Source of the DNA: Candidatus Aminicenantes bacterium
GTDB taxonomy: Bacteria > Acidobacteriota > Aminicenantia > Aminicenantales > Saccharicenantaceae
Direction of reading: 5' to 3'
Assembly: GCA_963809345.1 (NCBI GenBank)
Contig: CAWEJF010000007.1
Location: forward strand, 72,708-136,707
Length of the DNA: 64,000 nt
Below are positions 45,273 through 54,045 of this stretch, piece by piece (the stretch's first letter is position 1; each line of letters begins with the position of its first letter). Under the pieces are notes generated by a model. That model had not been told where the DNA came from. It worked only from the letters and a program-made list of their open reading frames with translations, and did not search any database. The position numbers and the translations under genes are program-made.

Positions 45273-45365
45273 GCTCCGGGAACAAAAAGAAGGAGGGTTA
45301 TGGAAGGGTGTCGGGAATCCTCTGTTTGATGCCGTTTACCACTTGTCGCTCCAACCCCCCAGGGA

Positions 45366-45381
45366 TGCATATTTTATGCCA
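45366..45381 (-). promoter_or_regulatory. sigma-54-like promoter between the CheY-like gene and pyrB (target unclear)
   Basis: The minus strand reads cTGGCATaaaatATGCAt. GG and GC have correct spacing, with two departures from consensus. Lies about 255 nt upstream of the pyrB ATG. Confidence 0.4.
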
Positions 45382-45437
45382 GACATTCTCCCCTGTTGGA
45401 GCGCAGAGCACCGGCGATGAACGTAAACTTTCTTGAA

Positions 45438-45824
45438 TCAAGCGGTGGGCTCGAGGGGGTTTCTGGGCTGGAGGACGCGGTCGATCGACATGTTCAGGTC
45501 GTTGAGGTCGAGCGGCTTGACGAAGAAGTGGCTGATGGCGAACCGGCCCATGTCCTCGATCTTGACCTCTTCGGGGTGGGCGGTGATGAGCATGGCCTCC
45601 CCTTCATAGCCGTTCGCGCGGAGCTTCTTGATGAGCTCCATGCCGTTGAAGTAGGGGAGCCGGTAATCGGCGATGATGAGGTCGGCCCGGCCGTCCTTGA
45701 GCTTGGCCAAGGCCTGCCGGGGGTCCTTGAGCGGCGTGATCCGGTATTTCTTTCCGAGCAGCAGGACGAACGTCTTGCGGACCGTTTCGTCATCATCGAC
45801 TAGGACGATCTTCTTGGTGATCAT
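45438..45824 (-). CDS. single-domain CheY-like response regulator
   Basis: ATG 45824 with GAGGAAGAGG upstream. VLVDDDE and LIIADYRLP receiver signature. 128 aa. Confidence 0.85.
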   Translation of the reverse strand: MITKKIVLVDDDETVRKTFVLLLGKKYRITPLKDPRQALAKLKDGRADLIIADYRLPYFNGMELIKKLRANGYEGEAMLITAHPEEVKIEDMGRFAISHFFVKPLDLNDLNMSIDRVLQPRNPLEPTA

Positions 45825-45858
45825 GAGCGGCCTCTTCCTCGCGGCCGCCCCCATAAGT

Positions 45859-45874
45859 AGCACGTTTTGTGCCA
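45859..45874 (-). promoter_or_regulatory. sigma-54 promoter for the CheY-like response regulator
   Basis: The minus strand reads tTGGCACaaaacGTGCTa (one mismatch in the -12 box). 35 nt separate it from ATG 45824. Confidence 0.55.
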
Positions 45875-45943
45875 ACTCTAAGGGGGGCCTCTTGGGGGAA
45901 ACGGACGGCGGCGCTGGCCTCCCGGAGGGGGCCGGGCAAGTTC

Positions 45944-45971
45944 TTTTACAGCCCGGGGACGGGGTTTACAG
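45944..45971 (-). promoter_or_regulatory. two direct CCGG(G)CTGTAAA(A) repeats upstream of the CheY-gene sigma-54 promoter
   Basis: The minus strand reads gccggCTGTAAAccccgtccccgggCTGTAAAAgaa. The repeats are 20 nt apart and lie 70-97 nt upstream of the -24 box. They share a half-site with 50557-50571. Confidence 0.4.
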
Positions 45972-45979
45972 CCGGCCCC

Positions 45980-47326
45980 TCAGGACGGCTCCCCGAGGTC
46001 GAGGCCGTAGTCCTTGATCTTCTTGTCCAGGGTCGGCCGGCTGATCTGGAGGATCTGACTGGCCCGGGTCTTGCTTCCCTTGACGGCGCTGAGGACGTGC
46101 TGGATGTATTTCTTCTCGACTTCTTCGAGCGGGACGAGCTCGTCCGGGAAGGCCCGCTTCTCGTCCGGCTCGAGGGGCAGGTTCTCCTTGAGAACAATGT
46201 CCCCCTTGGCCAGGATAACGGCCCGGGTCAGCGCGTTCTCGAGCTCCCGGACGTTGCCGCGCCAGGGCGTTTCGGTCAGGATCTTCATGACCTCGGGCGG
46301 GACCTTGCGGACGTTCCGGCGGAGCTCCCGGTTGATCTTTTCGAGGAGGTAGGCCACGAGGTCGGGGATGTCCTCGCGCCTCTCCCGCAGGGCCGGGAGG
46401 GTGACCTCGACGACCTTGAGCCGGTAGAACAGGTCCTCGCGGAACTTGCCCTTGTCGATCAAGCTCTTGAGGTTCTGGTTGGTGGCGGCGATGATGCGGG
46501 CCTCGGTCTTGAGGACCTTCTCCCCGCCGACCTTCATGAAGTCCCGCGACTCGATGACCCTCAGGAGCTTGCTCTGGAGGTTGGGCGAGACGTCGCCGAC
46601 CTCGTCGAGGAAGAGGGTGCCCTTCCCGGCGATCTCGAATTTCCCCTTGGTCTCGCTGACGGCGTCGGTGAAGGCGCCTTTGACATGGCCGAAGAGCTCG
46701 CTCTCGAGCAGGGTGTCCTGGATGGCCGAGCAGTTGATGACGATGAAGGGCTCGTCCCGGAAGGGGCTGTGGTAATGGATGGCCTTGGCCACGAGCTCCT
46801 TGCCCGTGCCGCTCTCGCCCTGGATAAGGACGTTGGCGCGGGTGTTGGCCACCGAGCCGATGATCTTGAAGACGCTCCGCATCGCGCCCGACCGGCCGAT
46901 GATGTTGTCGATCGTGTACTCTTTCGACTTCTCTTCGATAAGGTAGCTGACCCGCTCCTCAAGGGCCCGGACCTGAAAGGCCTTGTCGATGGTCAGGTCA
47001 AGCTCGGTCGCGTTGAGCGGCTTGACGAGGTACTCGAAGGCCCCGAGCTTGATGGCCTCGACCGTCGTCTTCATGTCGTCGTAGGCCGTCATGACCAGGA
47101 TGACGGCCCGGCGGTTGCGGTCCTTGATCCTCCGCAGGACCTCCAAGCCGTCGATATCGGGCAGCCGGACGTCGAGGAGGACGAGATCCGGCGAGGATTC
47201 CGCGAAGGCCCGCACGCCGGCCTCGCCCGTCTCGGCGACGGCGATGTCGAAGCCCTTCTTGGCGAGCTGGGAGGCCAGGGTCTTGCGAACGAGCGGGTCG
47301 TCCTCGACGATCAGGATGGATCTCAT
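45980..47326 (-). CDS. sigma-54-dependent response regulator (NtrC family enhancer-binding protein)
   Basis: ATG 47326 (ATGA overlap with the kinase stop, GGAGGAG upstream). Receiver domain. AAA+ domain with GESGTGKE and GAFTDA. C-terminal Fis-type HTH. 448 aa. Confidence 0.9.
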   Translation of the reverse strand: MRSILIVEDDPLVRKTLASQLAKKGFDIAVAETGEAGVRAFAESSPDLVLLDVRLPDIDGLEVLRRIKDRNRRAVILVMTAYDDMKTTVEAIKLGAFEYLVKPLNATELDLTIDKAFQVRALEERVSYLIEEKSKEYTIDNIIGRSGAMRSVFKIIGSVANTRANVLIQGESGTGKELVAKAIHYHSPFRDEPFIVINCSAIQDTLLESELFGHVKGAFTDAVSETKGKFEIAGKGTLFLDEVGDVSPNLQSKLLRVIESRDFMKVGGEKVLKTEARIIAATNQNLKSLIDKGKFREDLFYRLKVVEVTLPALRERREDIPDLVAYLLEKINRELRRNVRKVPPEVMKILTETPWRGNVRELENALTRAVILAKGDIVLKENLPLEPDEKRAFPDELVPLEEVEKKYIQHVLSAVKGSKTRASQILQISRPTLDKKIKDYGLDLGEPS

Positions 47327-48786
47327 GGCGTCTCCTCCGCGGGTATGAGGATCACGAATACGCACCCCCGGCCGCGCTTCTTGCCGACGGCGATCGACCC
47401 GTCGTGCTGCTCGAGGATCTTGCGGGCGTTGGCCAGGCCCAGCCCGAAGCCCGATGGCTTCGTCGTGTAGAACGGCTCGAAGATGTTCGGCCGGTCCTTC
47501 TCCGGGATGCCCGGTCCGTTGTCGGCGATGCGGATGCGGACCATCGTCCGCGCGCCCTCCGGGACCGTGTCGCAGGCGATGCTGATCTTCCCCCCCACGC
47601 CGAGGGCCTCATGGGCGTTGCGGAGGACGTTGAGGAAGACCTGCCTGAGCTTGTCGGCGTCGGCGAGGATGGACGGCAGCCCTTCGTCGCAGGCCCTTTC
47701 GACGAGGATCTTCTTCTGGGCCAGCGTGTCCTTGATGACTTTGAGCGACTCGTCGACGATCTGGGCGACCGTCCAGCGCTCCAGGCTCAGCTCCTGGACC
47801 CGGGTAAAATTGAGCAGCTCCTTGATGAAGCGCTCGATCTGGTCGATGCCCTCGAGCGACAGGCCGAGATGGGCTTTGACCGTTTCGGCGAACTGCTCCT
47901 CCTCGGCCACCTTCTGGATGTTCAGCTTGACCGAGGTCAGGGGATTGCGGATCTCGTGGGCGATCGTGGCGGCCATGCGGCCGATCGAGGCGAGCTTCTC
48001 GTGCTGCACGAGCTGCCGGTTAGCGTCCTCCACCCTCTCCCGGGTCTGGACAAGCTGGGAGGTCATCTCGTTGAAGCTCCGGGCCAGCTCCCCGACCTCG
48101 TCTCGCGACGTGTCGACGATGGCCTGGGAGAAATCCCCGTTGGCGATCCGGACCGTGCCTTCGACGAGCCGGTGGATGGGCCGGGTGATGCGCCGCGCCA
48201 GGAAGGCCGCCCCGGCGATGCCGAGAGAGAAGCCGGCGAGGCCAATGAGGAGGAGGACTTTCTGGATGTCCCGGAGGCGGGCGTACATCGGTTCGAGCGA
48301 CAGCCCGATCTTGACCGTGCCCCACCGCCCGGCGGTCTGCGTGAAGGCCGGGACCTCGAGCTCGAGGATCCTGACGGGCTTGTCGAGGAGAACGAGGCGC
48401 CGCGTTTCCGAGGCGCTCTCATCCGGGGTCATGACGTCCTCGACCGTGCCGAGCAAGCTCGACGAGACGACGTCAGCATGAGCCCGGATGAGGGCGTTCC
48501 AGGCCGCGGGCCGGCCCTGTCTGTCGTAGACCACGATATAGGCCGGCTCTCCGGCGCTGTGCTCGTCAACGTATTTCTGGACGGCCTGCCAGTCGGCGTG
48601 GGAAAGCGACTGGAGGTTGGCGTCGGCGATGAAGCGGGCCTGCAGGAGGGCGCGGTTCCTCATCTCGTCCTGGAGGATCTTGGCCTCGCGGATCTGGATG
48701 ACGAAGAGCACGGCCCCGAAGAGCAGGAGGACGAGCAGGGTGAACCAGAAGACGAGCCGTTTGTAGATCGTGATCTTCATCATCAC
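47323..48786 (-). CDS. sensor histidine kinase (2 TM, periplasmic domain, HAMP, HisKA, HATPase)
   Basis: ORF track, 487 aa. H-box HEIRNPLTSV. DNGPGIP and GFGLGLA. The start is either GTG 48786 or ATG 48783, and both overlap the SBP stop. Confidence 0.9.
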   Translation of the reverse strand: MMMKITIYKRLVFWFTLLVLLLFGAVLFVIQIREAKILQDEMRNRALLQARFIADANLQSLSHADWQAVQKYVDEHSAGEPAYIVVYDRQGRPAAWNALIRAHADVVSSSLLGTVEDVMTPDESASETRRLVLLDKPVRILELEVPAFTQTAGRWGTVKIGLSLEPMYARLRDIQKVLLLIGLAGFSLGIAGAAFLARRITRPIHRLVEGTVRIANGDFSQAIVDTSRDEVGELARSFNEMTSQLVQTRERVEDANRQLVQHEKLASIGRMAATIAHEIRNPLTSVKLNIQKVAEEEQFAETVKAHLGLSLEGIDQIERFIKELLNFTRVQELSLERWTVAQIVDESLKVIKDTLAQKKILVERACDEGLPSILADADKLRQVFLNVLRNAHEALGVGGKISIACDTVPEGARTMVRIRIADNGPGIPEKDRPNIFEPFYTTKPSGFGLGLANARKILEQHDGSIAVGKKRGRGCVFVILIPAEETP

Positions 48787-50414
48787 CGGTCCCCCTTCGC
48801 CCCCAGCCAGATGTCCTTGACGTCGAGGAAGATGAAACCCATGGCCGGGAGCTGCACGCCCCGGACCTCGGGCTGGATGGCGATGCGGATGCGCTCCGAG
48901 AAGAGCGGGACGGCCGGGACGTCGTCGAAGAGGATCTTTTCGATCTCCCGGAACAGGCCCGTCCGCTTCTCCCAGCTCGTCTCGACCTCGGACAGCTCGA
49001 GCAGCGCGTCCAACCGGGGGTTGGCGTAGCGGGAGTTGGCCGCGTTGACGGCGGAGCGGGACCGATAGAGGGGGCCGATGATATTCTCCGGGTCGGGGAA
49101 ATCCATGGTGTAGGGAAGGAATTTCAGGTATGGCGTGCGGACGGTCAGGGCGTCCTCGGGCTTGCGGAGGTACTTGACCTCGAGCTTGATCTCCAAGGCC
49201 TCGAGCTCTCTCCCGAGCTCGCGCGCGAACCCGGTCGACTCGTCGGTCCGGGGCGCGTCGCAGAGCAGTGTCAGCGTCAGGGCCTTGCGCCCCTCCTGCG
49301 TCAGGAGCCGGTCGAGGAGCAGCTTGGCCGCGTCGGTGTCGCTGAACGGACCCGCCGCGTTGGGGAAAAAGCCCGGGAGCAGAGGCGGGATATAGTTGTC
49401 CAGGACCTGGTGGAGCGCCGCGGGCGTGTCGCAGGCCGCGGCCAGCTTGGACTTGTCGAGCGCCAGGGCCAGGGCCCGGCGGACCTCATGCCGGTCGAGC
49501 GGAGGGACGTCGCAGCTGAAAGCCAGGATGTAGGACTTGAGGGTGTTGTTCTCCAGGATCGGGAAGCGCTGGCGCAGGATCCTCTCGGAGGTTACCGAGA
49601 TGAGGTCGATGCTCCCCTCCTCGAACTGCTCTTCGGTATAATAGGGGCTATATTCGAGGACCGCCAGATACGGCCGGCGCCCGAAATAGGCGTTGTTCCT
49701 CTCCAGCCGGACGCCGAGGATATCCAGCCGCGAGCTCCGAAGCCATTCGGAGAACTTGAACGGGCCCGTCCCCACGGGCTTCTGGAAGAAGCTCCGGCCC
49801 TGACCTTCGACCAGGTCCTTCGGCAAGATCTTGCAATAGTACATGCCCAGGAGGTAGAGGCCGGCGACATAGGGCCGCTTCCAGTCGATCTCGAAGGTCA
49901 GCGGGTCGACGACGCGGAAGCCCGTGACCCCGGTCGCCTTGCCCTGCCGGTACTCCTCCGCGCCGACGACCTTGGCCGTGAAGTGCTGGTACATCGAGCT
50001 GCGCGTGCCGATCCTGATCAGCCGCTCGAGCGAGTACTTGACGTCGTCCGCCGTGAGCTCGCGCCCGTTATGGAACCGTACGCCGCGGCGGAGTCGGAAG
50101 GTGATGCGGGCCCCGCCTTCGGAGATCGTCCAGTACTCGGCCAGAGCCGGCGTGGGGTTGAAGCGGCTGTCAAACCTGACCAAACCATCGTAGAGCTGCT
50201 CGGTGACGAAGTAGTGGGACGGGAGGGCCGGGTCGAAGACCTGGTTAAAAGGGATGTAGGCGCCCTTGATACGGAAGGCGCCGCCGTACCGGGGGGCTTT
50301 TCCCTGCTCCTGGGGGCCGGCCAGGGCCGGCCCGGACGTCACCGAGATAACGACGAGGATGAGGAGGAGGGACAGGCACGAGGGAAGGGCGCGCTTGCGG
50401 CGGGTGGTGATCAT
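48783..50414 (-). CDS. family-5 (peptide/nickel/opine type) periplasmic solute-binding protein, no cognate ABC permease nearby
   Basis: ATG 50414. Signal peptide. YGGAFRIKG..., ALAEYWTISEGGARITFRLRRGVRFHNGRELTADDV. 543 aa. Confidence 0.85.
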   Translation of the reverse strand: MITTRRKRALPSCLSLLLILVVISVTSGPALAGPQEQGKAPRYGGAFRIKGAYIPFNQVFDPALPSHYFVTEQLYDGLVRFDSRFNPTPALAEYWTISEGGARITFRLRRGVRFHNGRELTADDVKYSLERLIRIGTRSSMYQHFTAKVVGAEEYRQGKATGVTGFRVVDPLTFEIDWKRPYVAGLYLLGMYYCKILPKDLVEGQGRSFFQKPVGTGPFKFSEWLRSSRLDILGVRLERNNAYFGRRPYLAVLEYSPYYTEEQFEEGSIDLISVTSERILRQRFPILENNTLKSYILAFSCDVPPLDRHEVRRALALALDKSKLAAACDTPAALHQVLDNYIPPLLPGFFPNAAGPFSDTDAAKLLLDRLLTQEGRKALTLTLLCDAPRTDESTGFARELGRELEALEIKLEVKYLRKPEDALTVRTPYLKFLPYTMDFPDPENIIGPLYRSRSAVNAANSRYANPRLDALLELSEVETSWEKRTGLFREIEKILFDDVPAVPLFSERIRIAIQPEVRGVQLPAMGFIFLDVKDIWLGAKGDR

Positions 50415-50479
50415 GGGGTCGGTCTCATGATAGCGAAAAAGCCTCGAAAATGCACATTTCCCATATGCCCCAGGACGGA

Positions 50480-50494
50480 GCAAGGTTCGTGCCA
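50480..50494 (-). promoter_or_regulatory. sigma-54 promoter for the SBP - kinase - activator operon
   Basis: The minus strand reads gTGGCACgaaccTTGCTc, an exact match, about 66 nt upstream of ATG 50414. Confidence 0.7.
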
Positions 50495-50512
50495 CGGAAA
50501 TGATAGGATATC

Positions 50513-50540
50513 ATAAAGATTATAAAGAAGATAAAAGAAG
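50513..50540. repeat. three phased ATAAA(A)GA repeats (about 9-10 nt period) between UAS-like palindrome and sigma-54 core
   Basis: The plus strand reads ATAAAGATT ATAAAGAAG ATAAAAGAAG. Helically phased A-tracts suggest a bend or an IHF-type site. Confidence 0.5.
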
Positions 50541-50556
50541 TCTCGGCCTCTCGTCT

Positions 50557-50571
50557 GTAAAAATATTTTAC
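50557..50571. promoter_or_regulatory. UAS-like near-palindrome GTAAAAatATTTTAC upstream of the operon sigma-54 promoter
   Basis: 6-bp arms, cTGTAAAAAtaTTTTACg, centred about 70 nt upstream of the -24 box. Confidence 0.4.
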
Positions 50572-50594
50572 GCGCTTGAGGCGCCTGATCCCGG

Positions 50595-51836
50595 CTATTT
50601 CTCGGCCAGGGCGATGACCTTCTCGAAGACCCGGAAGAAGTTCCCGCTCCAGATCTTCTCGATCTCCCGGTCGGTGTAGCCGCGACGGATGAGCTCTTCG
50701 GTCACGTGGATCATGCCGCTGACATCGTCGCAGCCGACGACCCCGCCGCCGCCGTCGAAATCCGTGCCGATCCCGACAGAATCGATGCCGACGACCTTTT
50801 TCACGTGGTCGAAGTGGTCGACGAGGTCCTTGACGGTCGGCCGGACCTGGGGGAATTGCTTATTGATGGCGTCCCGCTCGGCCATGGCCTTCATGCGGGT
50901 CGCGTCGTCCCGGATCTCCCGGATGGGGCCATACTTGGCCTCGAGCTCTTTCATGGCCTTTTCGCGCTCGGGGATGACCGAGGGCGTCTTGACGTAGGCG
51001 CCAAGGAAGCAGATCTGGATGACGCCGCCGTTCTTGGCCAGGGCCCGGAGCTGGTCGTCGGTCAGGTTACGGGGATTGTCGCAGACGGCCCGCGCGCTCG
51101 AATGGGAGGCGATGATCGGGGCCTTGGACGCGGCCAGGACGTCGTAGAACGACTTTTCGGAGGCGTGAGAGATGTCGACGAGCATGCCGAGGCGGTTGCA
51201 CTCGGCCACGACCTGGCGGCCGAAATCGCTCAGACCCTTGTCCTCGGGGTTCCGGCGGTCCGTCGAGGAATCGCAGATATCGTTATCGGAGGAATGGCAG
51301 AGGGTGATGTAGCGGACGTCCTTATCATAGAAGAGCTTCACGAGCGAGAGGTCGCGGCCGACCGGGTAGCCGTTCTCGAGGCCGATGAAGGCCGTGAGCC
51401 GGCCCTCGGCCTTGAGGCGCCGGGCGCCGGCCGGGTCGACGGCCAGGCCGATCGTCGAGGCGTAGGTTTCGGTCATCTTGTGGACGGCCTCGACGGCCCG
51501 GAGCGCGCTGTCCTTGGCCTTCACGTAGGCGTCAGGGGTCAGGGGGCCCTGGCCGACGAAGGCGGCGAAGAACTCCGCGTCGAGTCCGCCTTCCTTCATC
51601 CGCGGCAGGTCGATTTTGCCGCTGGCGCGGAGGGCCGGGTCATGGCGGTCGCCGATCTTCCAATCCGTGCGGAGCAGACTGAACGCCGTGTCGCAGTGGG
51701 TGTCGACGGTCAGGATCCTCTTATGGAGGTCCCTCGCCTTCTCCTCCACGGTCGGCGGCGTCTTGGCCACGGTACAAGAGAAGGCGGCGAGGACGAGTCC
51801 GAGACAGAGAACGGCACATACCCGATGAGGCTTCAT
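50595..51836 (-). CDS. exported M19-family membrane dipeptidase
   Basis: ATG 51836 with AAGGAG upstream. Lipoprotein-like signal. Motifs VDTHCDT, DISHAS, GTDFDGGGG. 413 aa. Confidence 0.88.
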   Translation of the reverse strand: MKPHRVCAVLCLGLVLAAFSCTVAKTPPTVEEKARDLHKRILTVDTHCDTAFSLLRTDWKIGDRHDPALRASGKIDLPRMKEGGLDAEFFAAFVGQGPLTPDAYVKAKDSALRAVEAVHKMTETYASTIGLAVDPAGARRLKAEGRLTAFIGLENGYPVGRDLSLVKLFYDKDVRYITLCHSSDNDICDSSTDRRNPEDKGLSDFGRQVVAECNRLGMLVDISHASEKSFYDVLAASKAPIIASHSSARAVCDNPRNLTDDQLRALAKNGGVIQICFLGAYVKTPSVIPEREKAMKELEAKYGPIREIRDDATRMKAMAERDAINKQFPQVRPTVKDLVDHFDHVKKVVGIDSVGIGTDFDGGGGVVGCDDVSGMIHVTEELIRRGYTDREIEKIWSGNFFRVFEKVIALAEK

Positions 51837-51913
51837 GGCTGCTCCTTCAGTTCCCCGAGATCGCATGTCCCCCCGCTCCTGGAAAAGCCGACCGCGGCGC
51901 ACATTTGACGCGC

Positions 51914-51941
51914 ATTATAGCAGAAAATGGGGACGTTTCTA
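51914..51941 (-). promoter_or_regulatory. sigma-70-type promoter for the M19 dipeptidase gene
   Basis: The minus strand reads TAGAAA-16-TGcTATAAT (extended -10). Confidence 0.5.
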
Positions 51942-51985
51942 TTTTTCGGAAGAACGCGTGGATTATCAAAGACGATAGCCTGAGG

Positions 51986-53344
51986 CTAATCGTGCCGCAA
52001 AGCGACGACAGGGTCGACGCGGGCGGCCCGGCGGGCCGGGTAGATGCCCGAGACGAGACTGACGAGGAGCGAAAAGCCGATAGCGCCGAGGAAGAGTCCG
52101 ATGGGAAACGCGAAGTAGTCGATGAACGGCACGCCTTGCCGGGCCAGATAGAAATTGACGACCCGGTTGATGAGGAGGCTCGTCGCCCATCCCAGGACGC
52201 AGCCGGCGATCCCGCCGGCGAGGCCGATCGCGCCGGACTCGAAGAAGAAGATCCGCCGGATGTCGCTATCCCCCGCCCCGACGGCTTTCATGACCCCGAT
52301 CTCGCGGGTGCGCTCGAGGATGGACATGACCATCGTATTGACGATGCCGAGCGCGGCCACGACGATGGCGATCATGCCCACGGCGGCCAGGATCATGTCC
52401 ATGAAATAAAAGGCCTTGGTGATCTCCTCGAACTGGTCGGCCAGGGCGAACGTCGTGAAGCCCATCTCGCGGACCTTGGACTTGACGGATTCGAGGTCGC
52501 CGAGCGACCCGATCTTGACGCTCACCGCCGAGTAGCCCAGCCGCCCGCCTCTCATCCTGAACAGGTCCCAGATGCTCGTGATCGGCAGCCGCTTGATCCG
52601 GCCGGCCGGGCCCGGCGCGATGAGGACGTCGTTCTGCATCGGGGAGGGCCCGCCGTCGAACGGCTTGGTATCGATGACACCGAGGATGGGAAAGTCGTAG
52701 GCCTCTTGGGACACGGGAAGCCCTTTGCCGCCGAGAAGACCCTCCAGCCCCCGCGACAGGATCTGGCCCAAGTCGATCGTGACCGAGGTGATCCGCAGCG
52801 TCTTGCCCACGGCCGCCGCCGGGTCCGTCGTTCCCAGCTGCCTGACGAGGGTCCGGCTGACAATGACGCCCTCCTCGTTGTTCGACGCGTAGGGCCGTCC
52901 CCACTTGACCTCCACCTCTTTCGATCCCGCCACGGCCGCGGGCACGACCCGGATAAGCCGGAACTCCTCCTCCCCCTCGAGACCGACGAGGGCCGGGAAG
53001 TTGATGTCCGGATAGGCTGACCGTACGCCGGGGATCCGGGAGATCGCGGCCACGGCGGTGTCGTCGAGCACGGCGTCCTTCCGTCCGGCCTCCTTTGCGG
53101 CGGGCCGCCGCTCGTCGGGGTTGCCCGAAGGCCCCGCCGGGCCGCCGGGCATGACCATGACCGTGTTGAACAGGTCGGAGGACTCGAAGGCCGCCGTGAC
53201 GTTCCTCTGCATGCCCTCGCCGAAGGAGATCATCGAAACGAGGGCGCCGATGCCGATCATCACGCCCGAAGCGGTGAGGAACGTCCGCAGCCGCCGCTTC
53301 CGAAGACTCGTCAGCGCGAATTCGACGGCGTCGGCGAACTTCAT
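51986..53344 (-). CDS. ABC transporter permease, MacB/FtsX type
   Basis: ORF track, 452 aa. N-terminal TM helix, large periplasmic domain, and a C-terminal FtsX 3-TM module. Overlaps the ATPase stop by 4 nt. Confidence 0.88.
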   Translation of the reverse strand: MKFADAVEFALTSLRKRRLRTFLTASGVMIGIGALVSMISFGEGMQRNVTAAFESSDLFNTVMVMPGGPAGPSGNPDERRPAAKEAGRKDAVLDDTAVAAISRIPGVRSAYPDINFPALVGLEGEEEFRLIRVVPAAVAGSKEVEVKWGRPYASNNEEGVIVSRTLVRQLGTTDPAAAVGKTLRITSVTIDLGQILSRGLEGLLGGKGLPVSQEAYDFPILGVIDTKPFDGGPSPMQNDVLIAPGPAGRIKRLPITSIWDLFRMRGGRLGYSAVSVKIGSLGDLESVKSKVREMGFTTFALADQFEEITKAFYFMDMILAAVGMIAIVVAALGIVNTMVMSILERTREIGVMKAVGAGDSDIRRIFFFESGAIGLAGGIAGCVLGWATSLLINRVVNFYLARQGVPFIDYFAFPIGLFLGAIGFSLLVSLVSGIYPARRAARVDPVVALRHD

Positions 53345-54045
53345 GCCGCCCCCTCCGCCGCCACGACCCGCCCGTCCCGGAGCCGCACGATCTCCTGCGC
53401 GTATTCCCGGACGAGGGCCTCTTCGTGGGAGACCATGATGACGGTCAGGTTCCTCTCGCGGTTGAGGTCCGCGAGGAGACCGACGATCTCCCGCGAGGTC
53501 CGGCTGTCGAGGTTCCCCGTCGGCTCGTCGGCCAGCAGGAGGCGCGGTCCGTTGGCCAGGGCCCGGGCCACGGCCACCCGCTGCTGCTCTCCTCCCGAGA
53601 GCTCCGCCGGCCGGTGGGCGGCCCGATGGGCCAGCCCGACCTTCTCGAGGAGCTCGGCCGCCCGGCGCTTCCGCTCCTTTTTATCGACGCCGGCGAACAC
53701 GAGGGGCAGCTCGACGTTCTCGAGGGCCGTCCGGGCCGCCACGAGATTGAACGACTGGAAGATCATGCCGGCGCCGAACCGCCGGTACTGGGCCAGCGCC
53801 TCGCGGTCCATCCCTGAAACGAGGGCCCCGGCCACTTCGATCGTGCCGGCGCTCGGCGTGTCCAGTCCGCCGAGGAGGTTGAGGAGGGTCGATTTCCCTG
53901 ACCCCGAGGCCCCCGTGATGGCGACGAAGCGGCCTTCGGCGACGGCCAGCGAGACGTCCGCGAGGGCCGCGACGCGGACGTCGCCGATGAGATAGGTCTT
54001 GGTAAGCGACCGGGTCTCGACGAGGGGGGTGGGGTCCGTGTTCAA
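53341..54045 (-). CDS. ABC transporter ATP-binding protein (MacB/LolD type)
   Basis: Walker A GASGSGKST, signature LSGGEQQR, Walker B LLLADEPT. The only start consistent with the upstream gene end is TTG 54045 (TTGA overlap). 234 aa. Confidence 0.85.
   Translation of the reverse strand: MNTDPTPLVETRSLTKTYLIGDVRVAALADVSLAVAEGRFVAITGASGSGKSTLLNLLGGLDTPSAGTIEVAGALVSGMDREALAQYRRFGAGMIFQSFNLVAARTALENVELPLVFAGVDKKERKRRAAELLEKVGLAHRAAHRPAELSGGEQQRVAVARALANGPRLLLADEPTGNLDSRTSREIVGLLADLNRERNLTVIMVSHEEALVREYAQEIVRLRDGRVVAAEGAA

Noticed and set aside
45109-45437. PyrR-type attenuator upstream of pyrB
   Set aside because: The leader lacks the UCCAGAGAGG-type PyrR binding loop. The nearest string is AACAGAGGAUUCC, which does not fit.
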